A stretch of 64,000 nucleotides of DNA from Patescibacteria group bacterium (GTDB lineage: Bacteria; Patescibacteriota; Patescibacteriia; Patescibacteriales; WJLG01). The DNA is taken from positions 4,096 through 68,095 of the forward strand of contig JBAZHE010000003.1 in NCBI GenBank assembly GCA_041652555.1. The letters are read 5' to 3'. The position numbers and the translations under genes were made by a program. Below the pieces are notes generated by a model. That model did not search any database, was not told the DNA's origin, and saw only the letters and a list, made by a program, of their open reading frames with translations. This document shows, piece by piece, positions 1 through 6,792 of this stretch (positions are counted from its first letter, which is position 1; each line of letters opens with the position of its first letter).

Positions 1-2
1 GG

Positions 3-209
3 AGGTTTGAAATACCACGCCTTTTCAAGAAAGAAATAACGAGATGTGCGCATTGCCCCAATTGCGCTAGTTATGCGGCAGATCGGTTTTATTGTAAAAT
101 GCACACGAAAAAATATGCTAATATACGTAATAACGAAGATTATCATCTTATACCCGATATTCGTGGTGAGATACCGGGATGGTGTGAGTTGGAAAAATTA
201 AGAAAATGA
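3..209 (+). CDS. C-terminal fragment of Cys/His-rich protein (5' end outside window)
   Basis: Frame 3 open from window edge to TGA 207-209; tail ...TRCAHCPNCASYAADRFYCKMHTKKY... has zinc-finger-like Cys/His spacing. Confidence 0.3.
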   Translation, partial: RFEIPRLFKKEITRCAHCPNCASYAADRFYCKMHTKKYANIRNNEDYHLIPDIRGEIPGWCELEKLRK

Positions 210-248
210 AAGAGTAATTTATTTATACTTCCACAACCAATACATTTT

Positions 249-542
249 ATGCAAATCTTAACACCCGATGTATCGCCGGAAGATTTCGACCGGTTCAAAG
301 GACTGCTTTTTGAACACCTGCATGTGCGCGACGCGCGGCTTAATAACGAACCTACGTTTATCAATGATTGTGATTCCACACTTCGGCTCACGCGGAATAT
401 CCTCAAAGCACACTTTCCAGAATACGACACGGCGGGAACGATTTCATATTTCGAGAAGATGATGTGGGGTTGTGATTGTCAGGTTTTTTATGAGTCGCCG
501 GATATTTGTGATGAATGTAGGGAGAGGATGGAGAAGGATTGA
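249..542 (+). CDS. hypothetical protein, 97 aa, C-terminal CxC..CxxC
   Basis: ORF track; TATA-like AT box about 216-228, roughly 27 nt upstream of ATG, no RBS. Confidence 0.55.
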   Translation: MQILTPDVSPEDFDRFKGLLFEHLHVRDARLNNEPTFINDCDSTLRLTRNILKAHFPEYDTAGTISYFEKMMWGCDCQVFYESPDICDECRERMEKD

Positions 543-633
543 TTTATTTCCTCTTTCTACACGTTTGATTACAATACCTTTTAATTGACTACCAATACTT
601 TTATATACTATTAGAGCATAATGTATTATATCG

Positions 634-1839
634 ATGCCTTCTTGGAAACACCCTCTTGGAATTAATGTTCTTGAAGCAGCGCAACAAAGAATTTCTTGGA
701 CATTTGATACCTTTCCAAAGATTTGTGTAAGTTTTTCCGGGGGGAAAGATTCTACTGTAATGTTACATCTTGTAGCAACAGAAGCAAAAAAACGTAATCG
801 TAAGTTCGCCGTTCTTTTTGTAGATTGGGAGGCGCAATATAAATACACAATAGATCACGTATCAGAAATGTTCACTCTTTACGAAGATCTCATAATCCCT
901 TTCTGGATCTCACTCCCTTTAAAAACCGTTAATGCTGTTTCCCAATTTGAACCGGAGTGGATTTCGTGGGAGCCAGATAAGGAAAGTTTGTGGGTGAGAC
1001 AACCACCATCTATTGCTATAACTGACCCTGCGATGCTACCATTCTATTCTTACGCCATGACATTCGAAGAGTTTGTTCCATCATTCCTTCAATGGTATTC
1101 TAATGGGACTCCGACTGCTTCATTCGTAGGTATTCGTACGCGCGAATCATTAAACAGATGGAGAACAATAGGAGCAGGAAAGAAACATTCTTACGATAAT
1201 AAATGCTATACCACAGTCGATAAAAGTGTTTGTAACATATTCCCAATCTACGATTGGACTGTAGATGATATATGGACATTCCACGGCAGAACAAATCTTC
1301 CGTATAATAAACTCTATGATCAAATGGCGCGTGCTGGTGTGCCTCTCCATAAGATGCGAATATGCGAACCATATGGCCCGGAACAGCGACAAGGATTGTG
1401 GTTATTTCATGCAATTGAACCAGATACTTGGGGGAAAGTTGTCGCGCGCGTGAATGGAGCAAATATGGGATCCATTTATGCAAATGAAAAAGGTAATGTA
1501 TTAGGAATCAATCAAATTGTTTTACCGACGGAGCATACTTGGAAATCATTCGCTACACACCTTCTTGATTCAATGCCCACAAAAACATCGGAACATTATA
1601 AAAACAAAATCGCTGTTTACTTGAAGTGGTATCAAGATAAAGGTATTACAATACCTGATACACAACCCAAAGATTGTGGAAGTTCTGATAATCATCCATC
1701 GTGGAAACGAATATGTAAGACCATTCTCCGGAATGATTTTTGGTGCAGAACACTTTCTTTCGCACCAACAAAAACATCAGCATATGAAAAATATTTAAAA
1801 TTAATGAAAATAAGGAGAGAAAAATGGGATCTGATTTAA
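634..1839 (+). CDS. PAPS-reductase / PP-loop ATPase family protein (IbrA / DndC-like)
   Basis: PP-loop motif VSFSGGKDSTVMLHL near N-terminus; length and long C-terminal extension typical of IbrA-like (DUF3440-type) proteins; TATA-like box 599-607. Confidence 0.8.
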   Translation: MPSWKHPLGINVLEAAQQRISWTFDTFPKICVSFSGGKDSTVMLHLVATEAKKRNRKFAVLFVDWEAQYKYTIDHVSEMFTLYEDLIIPFWISLPLKTVNAVSQFEPEWISWEPDKESLWVRQPPSIAITDPAMLPFYSYAMTFEEFVPSFLQWYSNGTPTASFVGIRTRESLNRWRTIGAGKKHSYDNKCYTTVDKSVCNIFPIYDWTVDDIWTFHGRTNLPYNKLYDQMARAGVPLHKMRICEPYGPEQRQGLWLFHAIEPDTWGKVVARVNGANMGSIYANEKGNVLGINQIVLPTEHTWKSFATHLLDSMPTKTSEHYKNKIAVYLKWYQDKGITIPDTQPKDCGSSDNHPSWKRICKTILRNDFWCRTLSFAPTKTSAYEKYLKLMKIRREKWDLI

Positions 1840-2465
1840 TCGAAAAAACAAAAGAAATATCAAAAGAACTATCTGAATATTCAGAGTCGGAACAATTGTT
1901 TTTACTCAATCAAATACGAACAATTCTTCACGAAACAAGTCCAATGAAAAATGAACCGGTTGATCTTGTGTTATGGGTCAAATCTGAAACAGTGGGAAAA
2001 AACGATTATAACCCAAATACCGTTGCACCCCCGGAGATGAAATTACTTGAAACTTCAATCATAGAAGATGGATATACGCAACCGGTAGTTTCTTGGAAAA
2101 CGAACAATATTTTTGAAGTTGTTGATGGATTCCACAGAACAAGAGTAGGAAAGGAAAGCAAAGATGTCATTACACGTACACATGGATATTTACCCATTGT
2201 TAAAGTCAATCAAGAACGAACTGATCGTAATGATCGTATGGCTTCCACAATCAGGCACAACCGCGCGCGGGGGAAGCATATCGTATCGGGTATGAGCGAA
2301 ATCGTACAAGAACTAGCACATCGCAGATGGAGTAACGAGAAGATTGGTCATGAACTGGGGATGGAACCCGATGAAGTGTTACGGTTAAAACAAGTAATGG
2401 GTCTTGCAGATTTATATAAAGAACGGGAATTTTCAGAAGCGTGGGAAGCGAAAGAACAAATTTAA
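1824..2465 (+). CDS. ParB N-terminal domain nuclease-like protein (IbrB-like)
   Basis: ParB-type motif VVDGFHRTRVG and ..HNRARGKH..; overlaps upstream PAPS-reductase gene; AAGGAG RBS 7 nt upstream. Confidence 0.75.
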   Translation: MGSDLIEKTKEISKELSEYSESEQLFLLNQIRTILHETSPMKNEPVDLVLWVKSETVGKNDYNPNTVAPPEMKLLETSIIEDGYTQPVVSWKTNNIFEVVDGFHRTRVGKESKDVITRTHGYLPIVKVNQERTDRNDRMASTIRHNRARGKHIVSGMSEIVQELAHRRWSNEKIGHELGMEPDEVLRLKQVMGLADLYKEREFSEAWEAKEQI

Positions 2466-2479
2466 AAAGGAGTATTAAA

Positions 2480-3208
2480 ATGCCACTACAAAAAGGTACG
2501 GAAAGATACAGATTGTGGAAAGAACACATTGATGAGGCTGCTGATAAAAGGAAAAATATTCCATTATCCCCAGAACATTGTGAAAAAATAAGCGAGTCTA
2601 ATAAAGGACGTATAAAATCTAAAGAAGAATGCGAACATATTAGCAAGGGGCTTAAAAACAAACCCAAGACACCGGAACATCGTAAGCATTTAAGTGAGGC
2701 CAATATGGGAAAAACGTCTCCAAGGAAAGGTGTAAAATTATCTGATGCAACAAAAGAAAAGATTCGAGTGTCGAAACTTGGAATGAAATCATCTTTAGAA
2801 ACATGCGAAAAAATAAGTGAATCTTTAATAGGAAATACCAGAACACTTGGTTATGTCCATTCTGATGAAACCAAAATTAAGATGAGAAAATCAGCACATC
2901 GTGGACCCGACCATCCCAATTATAGAGGGGGGATAACCGCACTTGATAAAGCAATACGAAGACTTCCTGAATATGATACTTGGAAATATGGTGTATTTGA
3001 ACGAGATGATTACACCTGTAGAGAATGTGGGAAACGCGGGGGAGATATGGAAAGTCACCACGATAGAAAAACATTTGCTCAAATTATAAAAGATAATAAT
3101 ATTAGAACTATCGAAGACGCATTAAATTGTAAAGAACTATGGGACATTGATAACGGAGTTACATTGTGTGTTGATTGCCACGACAAAAGACACACGAAGA
3201 AAGAATAG
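2480..3208 (+). CDS. HNH homing endonuclease with NUMOD3-type repeats
   Basis: Repeated H..K(I/L)SE..KG modules; C-terminal YTCRECG...ESHH...DNGVTLCVDCHDKRH (HNH with Zn cysteines); start moved to ATG 2480 behind AAGGAG RBS, N-terminus parallels paralogs. Confidence 0.8.
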   Translation: MPLQKGTERYRLWKEHIDEAADKRKNIPLSPEHCEKISESNKGRIKSKEECEHISKGLKNKPKTPEHRKHLSEANMGKTSPRKGVKLSDATKEKIRVSKLGMKSSLETCEKISESLIGNTRTLGYVHSDETKIKMRKSAHRGPDHPNYRGGITALDKAIRRLPEYDTWKYGVFERDDYTCRECGKRGGDMESHHDRKTFAQIIKDNNIRTIEDALNCKELWDIDNGVTLCVDCHDKRHTKKE

Positions 3209-3210
3209 AT

Positions 3211-3906
3211 ATGCCACCACCGAAAGATCCGGAAAAATATGCTGCATGGATAGAAAAACAAAGATTATCCCATATAGGGAAACATGCATCACAATCCACC
3301 ACTGATAAAATGATCGCGTCACATAAAGGTCTAATTCCTTGGAATAAAGGTGTGCCTTCAACAGAAGTATCCAAGCATAACCAAAGTATCGCATTAAAAA
3401 ACAAACCGAAACCCCCACGAACAAAAGAACATTGTGAAAATATAAGCAAATCAAAAATGGGAAAAAACAATCCGATGTTTGGAGAACATCATACATTTGA
3501 CGCACATATAAAAATGCACAACGCGCAATTGGGGAATACTAAAAAACTTGGATATCATTTCCCGTTAGAAACTAGAATAGGAATGAGTGAAGAAAATAGA
3601 GGAGAAAATGCATCCCGATGGGAAGGTGGGATAACTCCATTGAATAAAATGATCCGTGAGTCGTGGGAATATAGAGAATGGGTAATTGCCGTTTTCATTA
3701 GAGATAATTATACTTGCCAAAAATGCAAAACGCGCGGTGGGTATTTAGAAGCACACCACATAAAACTATTTTCTTTGATTTTAAAAGAATATAATATATT
3801 AACACTGGAAGATGCAAAGAATTGTAAAGAATTGTGGGACATAGATAATGGTATAACATATTGTGTAGATTGTCACAAAGACATACATTTCAAAAATAAT
3901 AAATAA
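3211..3906 (+). CDS. HNH homing endonuclease with NUMOD3-type repeats (paralog 2)
   Basis: MPPPKDPEKY N-terminus as in paralog 3; YTCQKCK..LEAHH...DNGITYCVDCHKDIH; directly abuts paralog 1 stop. Confidence 0.8.
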   Translation: MPPPKDPEKYAAWIEKQRLSHIGKHASQSTTDKMIASHKGLIPWNKGVPSTEVSKHNQSIALKNKPKPPRTKEHCENISKSKMGKNNPMFGEHHTFDAHIKMHNAQLGNTKKLGYHFPLETRIGMSEENRGENASRWEGGITPLNKMIRESWEYREWVIAVFIRDNYTCQKCKTRGGYLEAHHIKLFSLILKEYNILTLEDAKNCKELWDIDNGITYCVDCHKDIHFKNNK

Positions 3907-3907
3907 C

Positions 3908-4771
3908 ATGCCTCCTCCGAAAGATCCAAAAAAATACGACGAGTGGATAAGAAAAAACAGCGAAGCACATAAAAATAAACATCCGTCTGAAGAAACACGA
4001 AATAAATTAAAAGGAAGAAACCCGTGGAATAAAGGAATACCATTATCAGAAGAAGCAAAACAAAAATTGAGTGAATCTTGTAAAGGTAGAATCCCTTGGA
4101 ATAAAGGTGTCCCTCATAAACAAGAATCTAAAAATAAAATGAGCATAAAGAAAAAAGGTATCCCATTATCAGAAGAACATAAAAAACATTTATCCGAATC
4201 TCACAAAGGATTAAAGCCAAACGTGACTCCGGAATCTATAGAAAAAAATCGTATTGCTCATCTTGGTAAAAAGGCATCGGAAGAAACAAAAGAAAAGATG
4301 AGTATATCACATAAAGGAAAATCTTCGTGGAATAAAGGAATTAAAACTCCGATAGAAATTAGAAATAAAATGAGCAAATCGATGAAAGGAATAAAAAAGT
4401 CTGATGGATTTAGAAAAAATATGAGTGGTGAAAACAATCTTAACTGGAAAGGTGGTATTACAGAATTGGATAAAGCAATCCGTGCATTACCGGAAATGTT
4501 CGAGTGGAGAAGAAAAGTTTTTGAACGCGACCATTATAGAGATTGTTTTACAGGAAGTCTTGGAAATCACAATATCGAAGCGCATCATATTGTCGCGGTA
4601 TCTTTAATTATGGAAAGATTTAATATAACTTCGATAGAAGATGCTTTAAATTGTGAAGATATGTGGAATATAGATAACGGAGTAACAATGTTTAAAAATT
4701 CACATATTGAGCATCACAAAAAATACAAATTACAAATATTACCAAAAGAATATTATTTTAAAAACCAATAA
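3908..4771 (+). CDS. NUMOD3-repeat endonuclease paralog 3 with degenerate HNH
   Basis: About 8 copies of xSEExKxKxSxSxKGxxPWNKG; C-terminal IEAHH...DNGVTMFKNSHIEHH lacks the Zn-binding cysteines present in paralogs 1-2. Confidence 0.7.
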   Translation: MPPPKDPKKYDEWIRKNSEAHKNKHPSEETRNKLKGRNPWNKGIPLSEEAKQKLSESCKGRIPWNKGVPHKQESKNKMSIKKKGIPLSEEHKKHLSESHKGLKPNVTPESIEKNRIAHLGKKASEETKEKMSISHKGKSSWNKGIKTPIEIRNKMSKSMKGIKKSDGFRKNMSGENNLNWKGGITELDKAIRALPEMFEWRRKVFERDHYRDCFTGSLGNHNIEAHHIVAVSLIMERFNITSIEDALNCEDMWNIDNGVTMFKNSHIEHHKKYKLQILPKEYYFKNQ

Positions 4772-4790
4772 AAGAAATTTGTTTTTAAAT

Positions 4791-4812
4791 GGTGTAGGAA
4801 AATTCCTACACC
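4791..4812. terminator. perfect 8-bp hairpin between convergent genes
   Basis: ggtgtagg-aaaatt-cctacacc, flanked by T/A runs, between 3908..4771(+) and 4828..5166(-). Confidence 0.5.
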
Positions 4813-4827
4813 AAAACCCTTAAAGGC

Positions 4828-5166
4828 TCACTGACGCTCTCCACCTACGAAGATCCGGATAACCGGGATGAATTCGAGGAGAAGGACAATTGCACCCAAA
4901 AGGAACAGAGCGATACCCAAGAAAGTAAATGCCAGAGACACATTGCTCTGTGCGTTGCTCATGGTCGTATTCATGATACCCGTGAGGATCGGAAGGCTGT
5001 TGAACAAAGTTCCTACCATGAATATACCGATGACGATGAAGATTGCCCCACCGACGACCATCCCGATACCGGCGAGAGTTGCCTCACCGATTGCCTCGGA
5101 GTCGTGAACGAGCTCCATACCCTTGTGATATGCGTCCTTGAGGTAAGTCGTAACTTTCTCAAACAT
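4828..5166 (-). CDS. small hydrophobic membrane protein (112 aa), G+C visibly above flanks
   Basis: Two to three long hydrophobic stretches (GIGMVVGGAIFIVIGIFMVGTLF, LAFTFLGIALFLLGAIVLLLEFI); strong RBS GAGAGAGGTG upstream. Confidence 0.6.
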   Translation of the reverse strand: MFEKVTTYLKDAYHKGMELVHDSEAIGEATLAGIGMVVGGAIFIVIGIFMVGTLFNSLPILTGIMNTTMSNAQSNVSLAFTFLGIALFLLGAIVLLLEFIPVIRIFVGGERQ

Positions 5167-5235
5167 GTAAAATGCACCTCTCTCGCTTCTTAAGTCTAAT
5201 GCAAAGGTATATATATTAGTTGGTGTTTACTATAT

Positions 5236-5262
5236 ACATATGTTTCCAAACGGAACATATGT
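5236..5262. promoter_or_regulatory. near-perfect inverted repeat (operator-like) in divergent promoter region
   Basis: acatatgtttcc-aaac-ggaacatatgt lies between TATA-like tactatatac (5228-5240) and ATG 5270. Confidence 0.45.
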
Positions 5263-5269
5263 GTAAATC

Positions 5270-5410
5270 ATGACACGCGATGCTGTTGTTAAAATTGATA
5301 GAAAAATCGCCGAAGCCGGACGCGCGCGCGGTCTTAACCTAGCGACCGTTGCGGAAGAATCCATTAAGAGAAGAACTAAAAAACTGGAGGAAATTGATAA
5401 ATATGACTGA
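5270..5410 (+). CDS. small basic protein, possibly ribbon-helix-helix regulator (46 aa)
   Basis: Not in ORF track (<60 aa); MTRDAVVKIDRKIAEAGRARGLNLATVAEESIKRR.. fits a strand-helix-helix pattern; leaderless ATG about 30 nt after TATA; overlaps next gene. Confidence 0.4.
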   Translation: MTRDAVVKIDRKIAEAGRARGLNLATVAEESIKRRTKKLEEIDKYD

Positions 5411-5666
5411 AACTTATACCGAAGATGAAATGAAAAAAGCAATGAAATATGTACAGAAGAAAGAACGCCTCATCAGCGCGCTTAACAGTGCTGTGCGCAC
5501 CGCAGAAGCACCAATCTATGCAGAAGCATTAAATGAACTTATCGTGCTTCTTATTGAAGATAAACTCCTTCCGGATTCCTTTGATATCCACAAGTACTTT
5601 TCTGACCTGTATCCGCGAGCGACGCAGAAAAAAGAAGCAAAGGATGAAGATAAAGACGTCAATTAA
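5403..5666 (+). CDS. hypothetical protein (87 aa)
   Basis: ORF track 5349..5666 trimmed to ATG 5403, which overlaps stop of upstream small ORF. Confidence 0.45.
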   Translation: MTETYTEDEMKKAMKYVQKKERLISALNSAVRTAEAPIYAEALNELIVLLIEDKLLPDSFDIHKYFSDLYPRATQKKEAKDEDKDVN

Positions 5667-5710
5667 AAGCGGTTTGGAAATTTATTAATCTTTTTTAATT
5701 ACCCTTTGTG

Positions 5711-5746
5711 TACACCAAACATAACCACTGTGTTAATGTTGGTGTA
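5711..5746. terminator. 11-12 bp hairpin at 3' end of tRNA array and of plus-strand unit
   Basis: tacaccaaacat ... atgttggtgta (one bulged A). Confidence 0.4.
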
Positions 5747-5764
5747 TGGAAGGGGGATTTTTAA

Positions 5765-5844
5765 TAGGTCTGGCCGGAGTTGAACCGGCTTACACATAGA
5801 CCGTGTTTGAGACGGTTCCATAGCCGTTCTGGATACACAGACCC
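5765..5844 (-). tRNA. tRNA-Leu(CAA)-like, class II (long variable arm), irregular D region
   Basis: Hand fold on minus strand: acceptor GGGTCTG/CAGACCT (G1-U72), anticodon arm ACCGT-CTCAAAC-ACGGT, T arm GCCGG-TTCAACT-CCGGC; acceptor/D junction has extra nt. Confidence 0.6.
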
Positions 5845-5847
5845 AAA

Positions 5848-5929
5848 TGAGTGATGCCGGATGCGCGCCGGCGATGTTTCCTTGTACGGAGTCTAAATCC
5901 GGTGAAGTCGGCTTCTGTTCCAATCACTC
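5848..5929 (-). tRNA. tRNA-like gene, anticodon UAG (Leu), aberrant T and D loops
   Basis: Acceptor GAGTGAT/ATCACTC, anticodon loop TTTAGAC, long variable arm; T loop is CGCGCAT (no TTC) and D loop lacks GG. Confidence 0.4.
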
Positions 5930-5948
5930 TCGATTTCCCACAATGGGA

Positions 5949-6033
5949 TGCGTCCGTCAGGATTTGAACCTGAAATGTTTCGCTTCGTCACAGTGTTTAA
6001 GACTGTTGCGTTCAACCGTTTCGCCACGGACGC
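5949..6033 (-). tRNA. tRNA-Leu(UAA), class II
   Basis: Acceptor GCGTCCG/CGGACGC, D arm GCG-AAACGGTTGAA-CGC, anticodon arm ACAGT-CTTAAAC-ACTGT, T arm TCAGG-TTCAAAT-CCTGA. Confidence 0.85.
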
Positions 6034-6035
6034 GA

Positions 6036-6119
6036 TGTGTGAAGCAAGATTTGAACTTGCGTCGTTTCCTTGTCTGGAACCTCGATCCAGTGGAGTCAAC
6101 CGTGCTGTCCCATTCACAC
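6036..6119 (-). tRNA. tRNA-Leu(GAG), class II, C at position 33
   Basis: Acceptor GTGTGAA/TTCACAC, D arm GGA..TCC, anticodon arm CTGGA-TCGAGGT-TCCAG, T arm GCAAG-TTCAAAT-CTTGC. Confidence 0.7.
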
Positions 6120-6168
6120 ATAACTTATATGTTTTCAAATCATTTATACTTTCCCCTATGTAAGAGGA

Positions 6169-6253
6169 CGCCAACGACAGGAATTGAACCTGCAACCCTG
6201 TTAAGGGCGACGGTTTTCAGGACCGTTTAGCGCACCGCACTCCCCACGTTGGC
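6169..6253 (-). tRNA. tRNA-Ser(UGA)-like, class II, C33 and atypical D arm
   Basis: Acceptor GCCAACG/CGTTGGC, anticodon arm ACGGT-CCTGAAA-ACCGT, variable stem CCCT/AGGG, T arm GCAGG-TTCAATT-CCTGT. Confidence 0.55.
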
Positions 6254-6262
6254 AATAATATG

Positions 6263-6338
6263 AGCCGGATGAGAGAATTGAACTCCCGCCCTTTCGATTA
6301 CAGATCGAATGCACCAAACCAACAGATGCTTATCCGGC
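6263..6338 (-). tRNA. tRNA-Thr(UGU), class I, C at position 33
   Basis: Acceptor GCCGGAT/ATCCGGC, D arm GCAT..GTGC, anticodon arm TTCGA-TCTGTAA-TCGAA, T arm GGGAG-TTCAATT-CTCTC. Confidence 0.7.
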
Positions 6339-6340
6339 GA

Positions 6341-6428
6341 CGCTGCCTGAAAGATTTGAACTTTCGTTTCCGATCAGGAAAGCAACTTTAGCAGAATTGC
6401 GGCATAAACCAGACTCGCCCAAGGCAGC
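6341..6428 (-). tRNA. tRNA-Ser(GCU), class II
   Basis: Acceptor GCTGCCT/AGGCAGC, D arm GGC..GCC, anticodon arm CAATT-CTGCTAA-AGTTG, variable stem TTTCC/GGAAA, T arm GAAAG-TTCAAAT-CTTTC. Confidence 0.85.
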
Positions 6429-6580
6429 AAGATGAAACCAATACAAAACACCCTCACGATGTGGTGAGAAGCGTCAAACTGGACAGTAAACGCAATGATA
6501 GAATAGATGTTGATACGTTTATATTTACTGTCATGATATATAATAGTGTATGTTGTAATAGTATTTAAATATTTCTACAA

Positions 6581-6662
6581 TTGGTGGAGAGGGATTTGAA
6601 CCCTCGAAGCACTAAACACCGGATTTTGAATCCGGCCCCTTTGACCGCTCGGGTATCCACCA
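6581..6662 (-). tRNA. tRNA-Leu(CAA), class II, U1-A72
   Basis: Acceptor TGGTGGA/TCCACCA, D arm CCC-GAGCGGTCAAA-GGG, anticodon arm CCGGA-TTCAAAA-TCCGG, T arm GAGGG-TTCAAAT-CCCTC. Confidence 0.8.
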
Positions 6663-6792
6663 GTCATAGAATATAGGTGTTGTTTCTATTTAAAATGTTG
6701 GTTCGGAAATATATAGGTTAACTTTATATACTATAAAAATTTACTATACAACTAATTTATATACCACCAATAGTTTTAATATTTAAACCTTT

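Noticed and set aside
5699-6230. ORFs 5699..5923(-), 5847..6230(+), 5893..6195(-), 5948..6163(+)
   Set aside because: They overlap the tRNA array completely. Their open frames are explained by the G+C-rich tRNA sequence.
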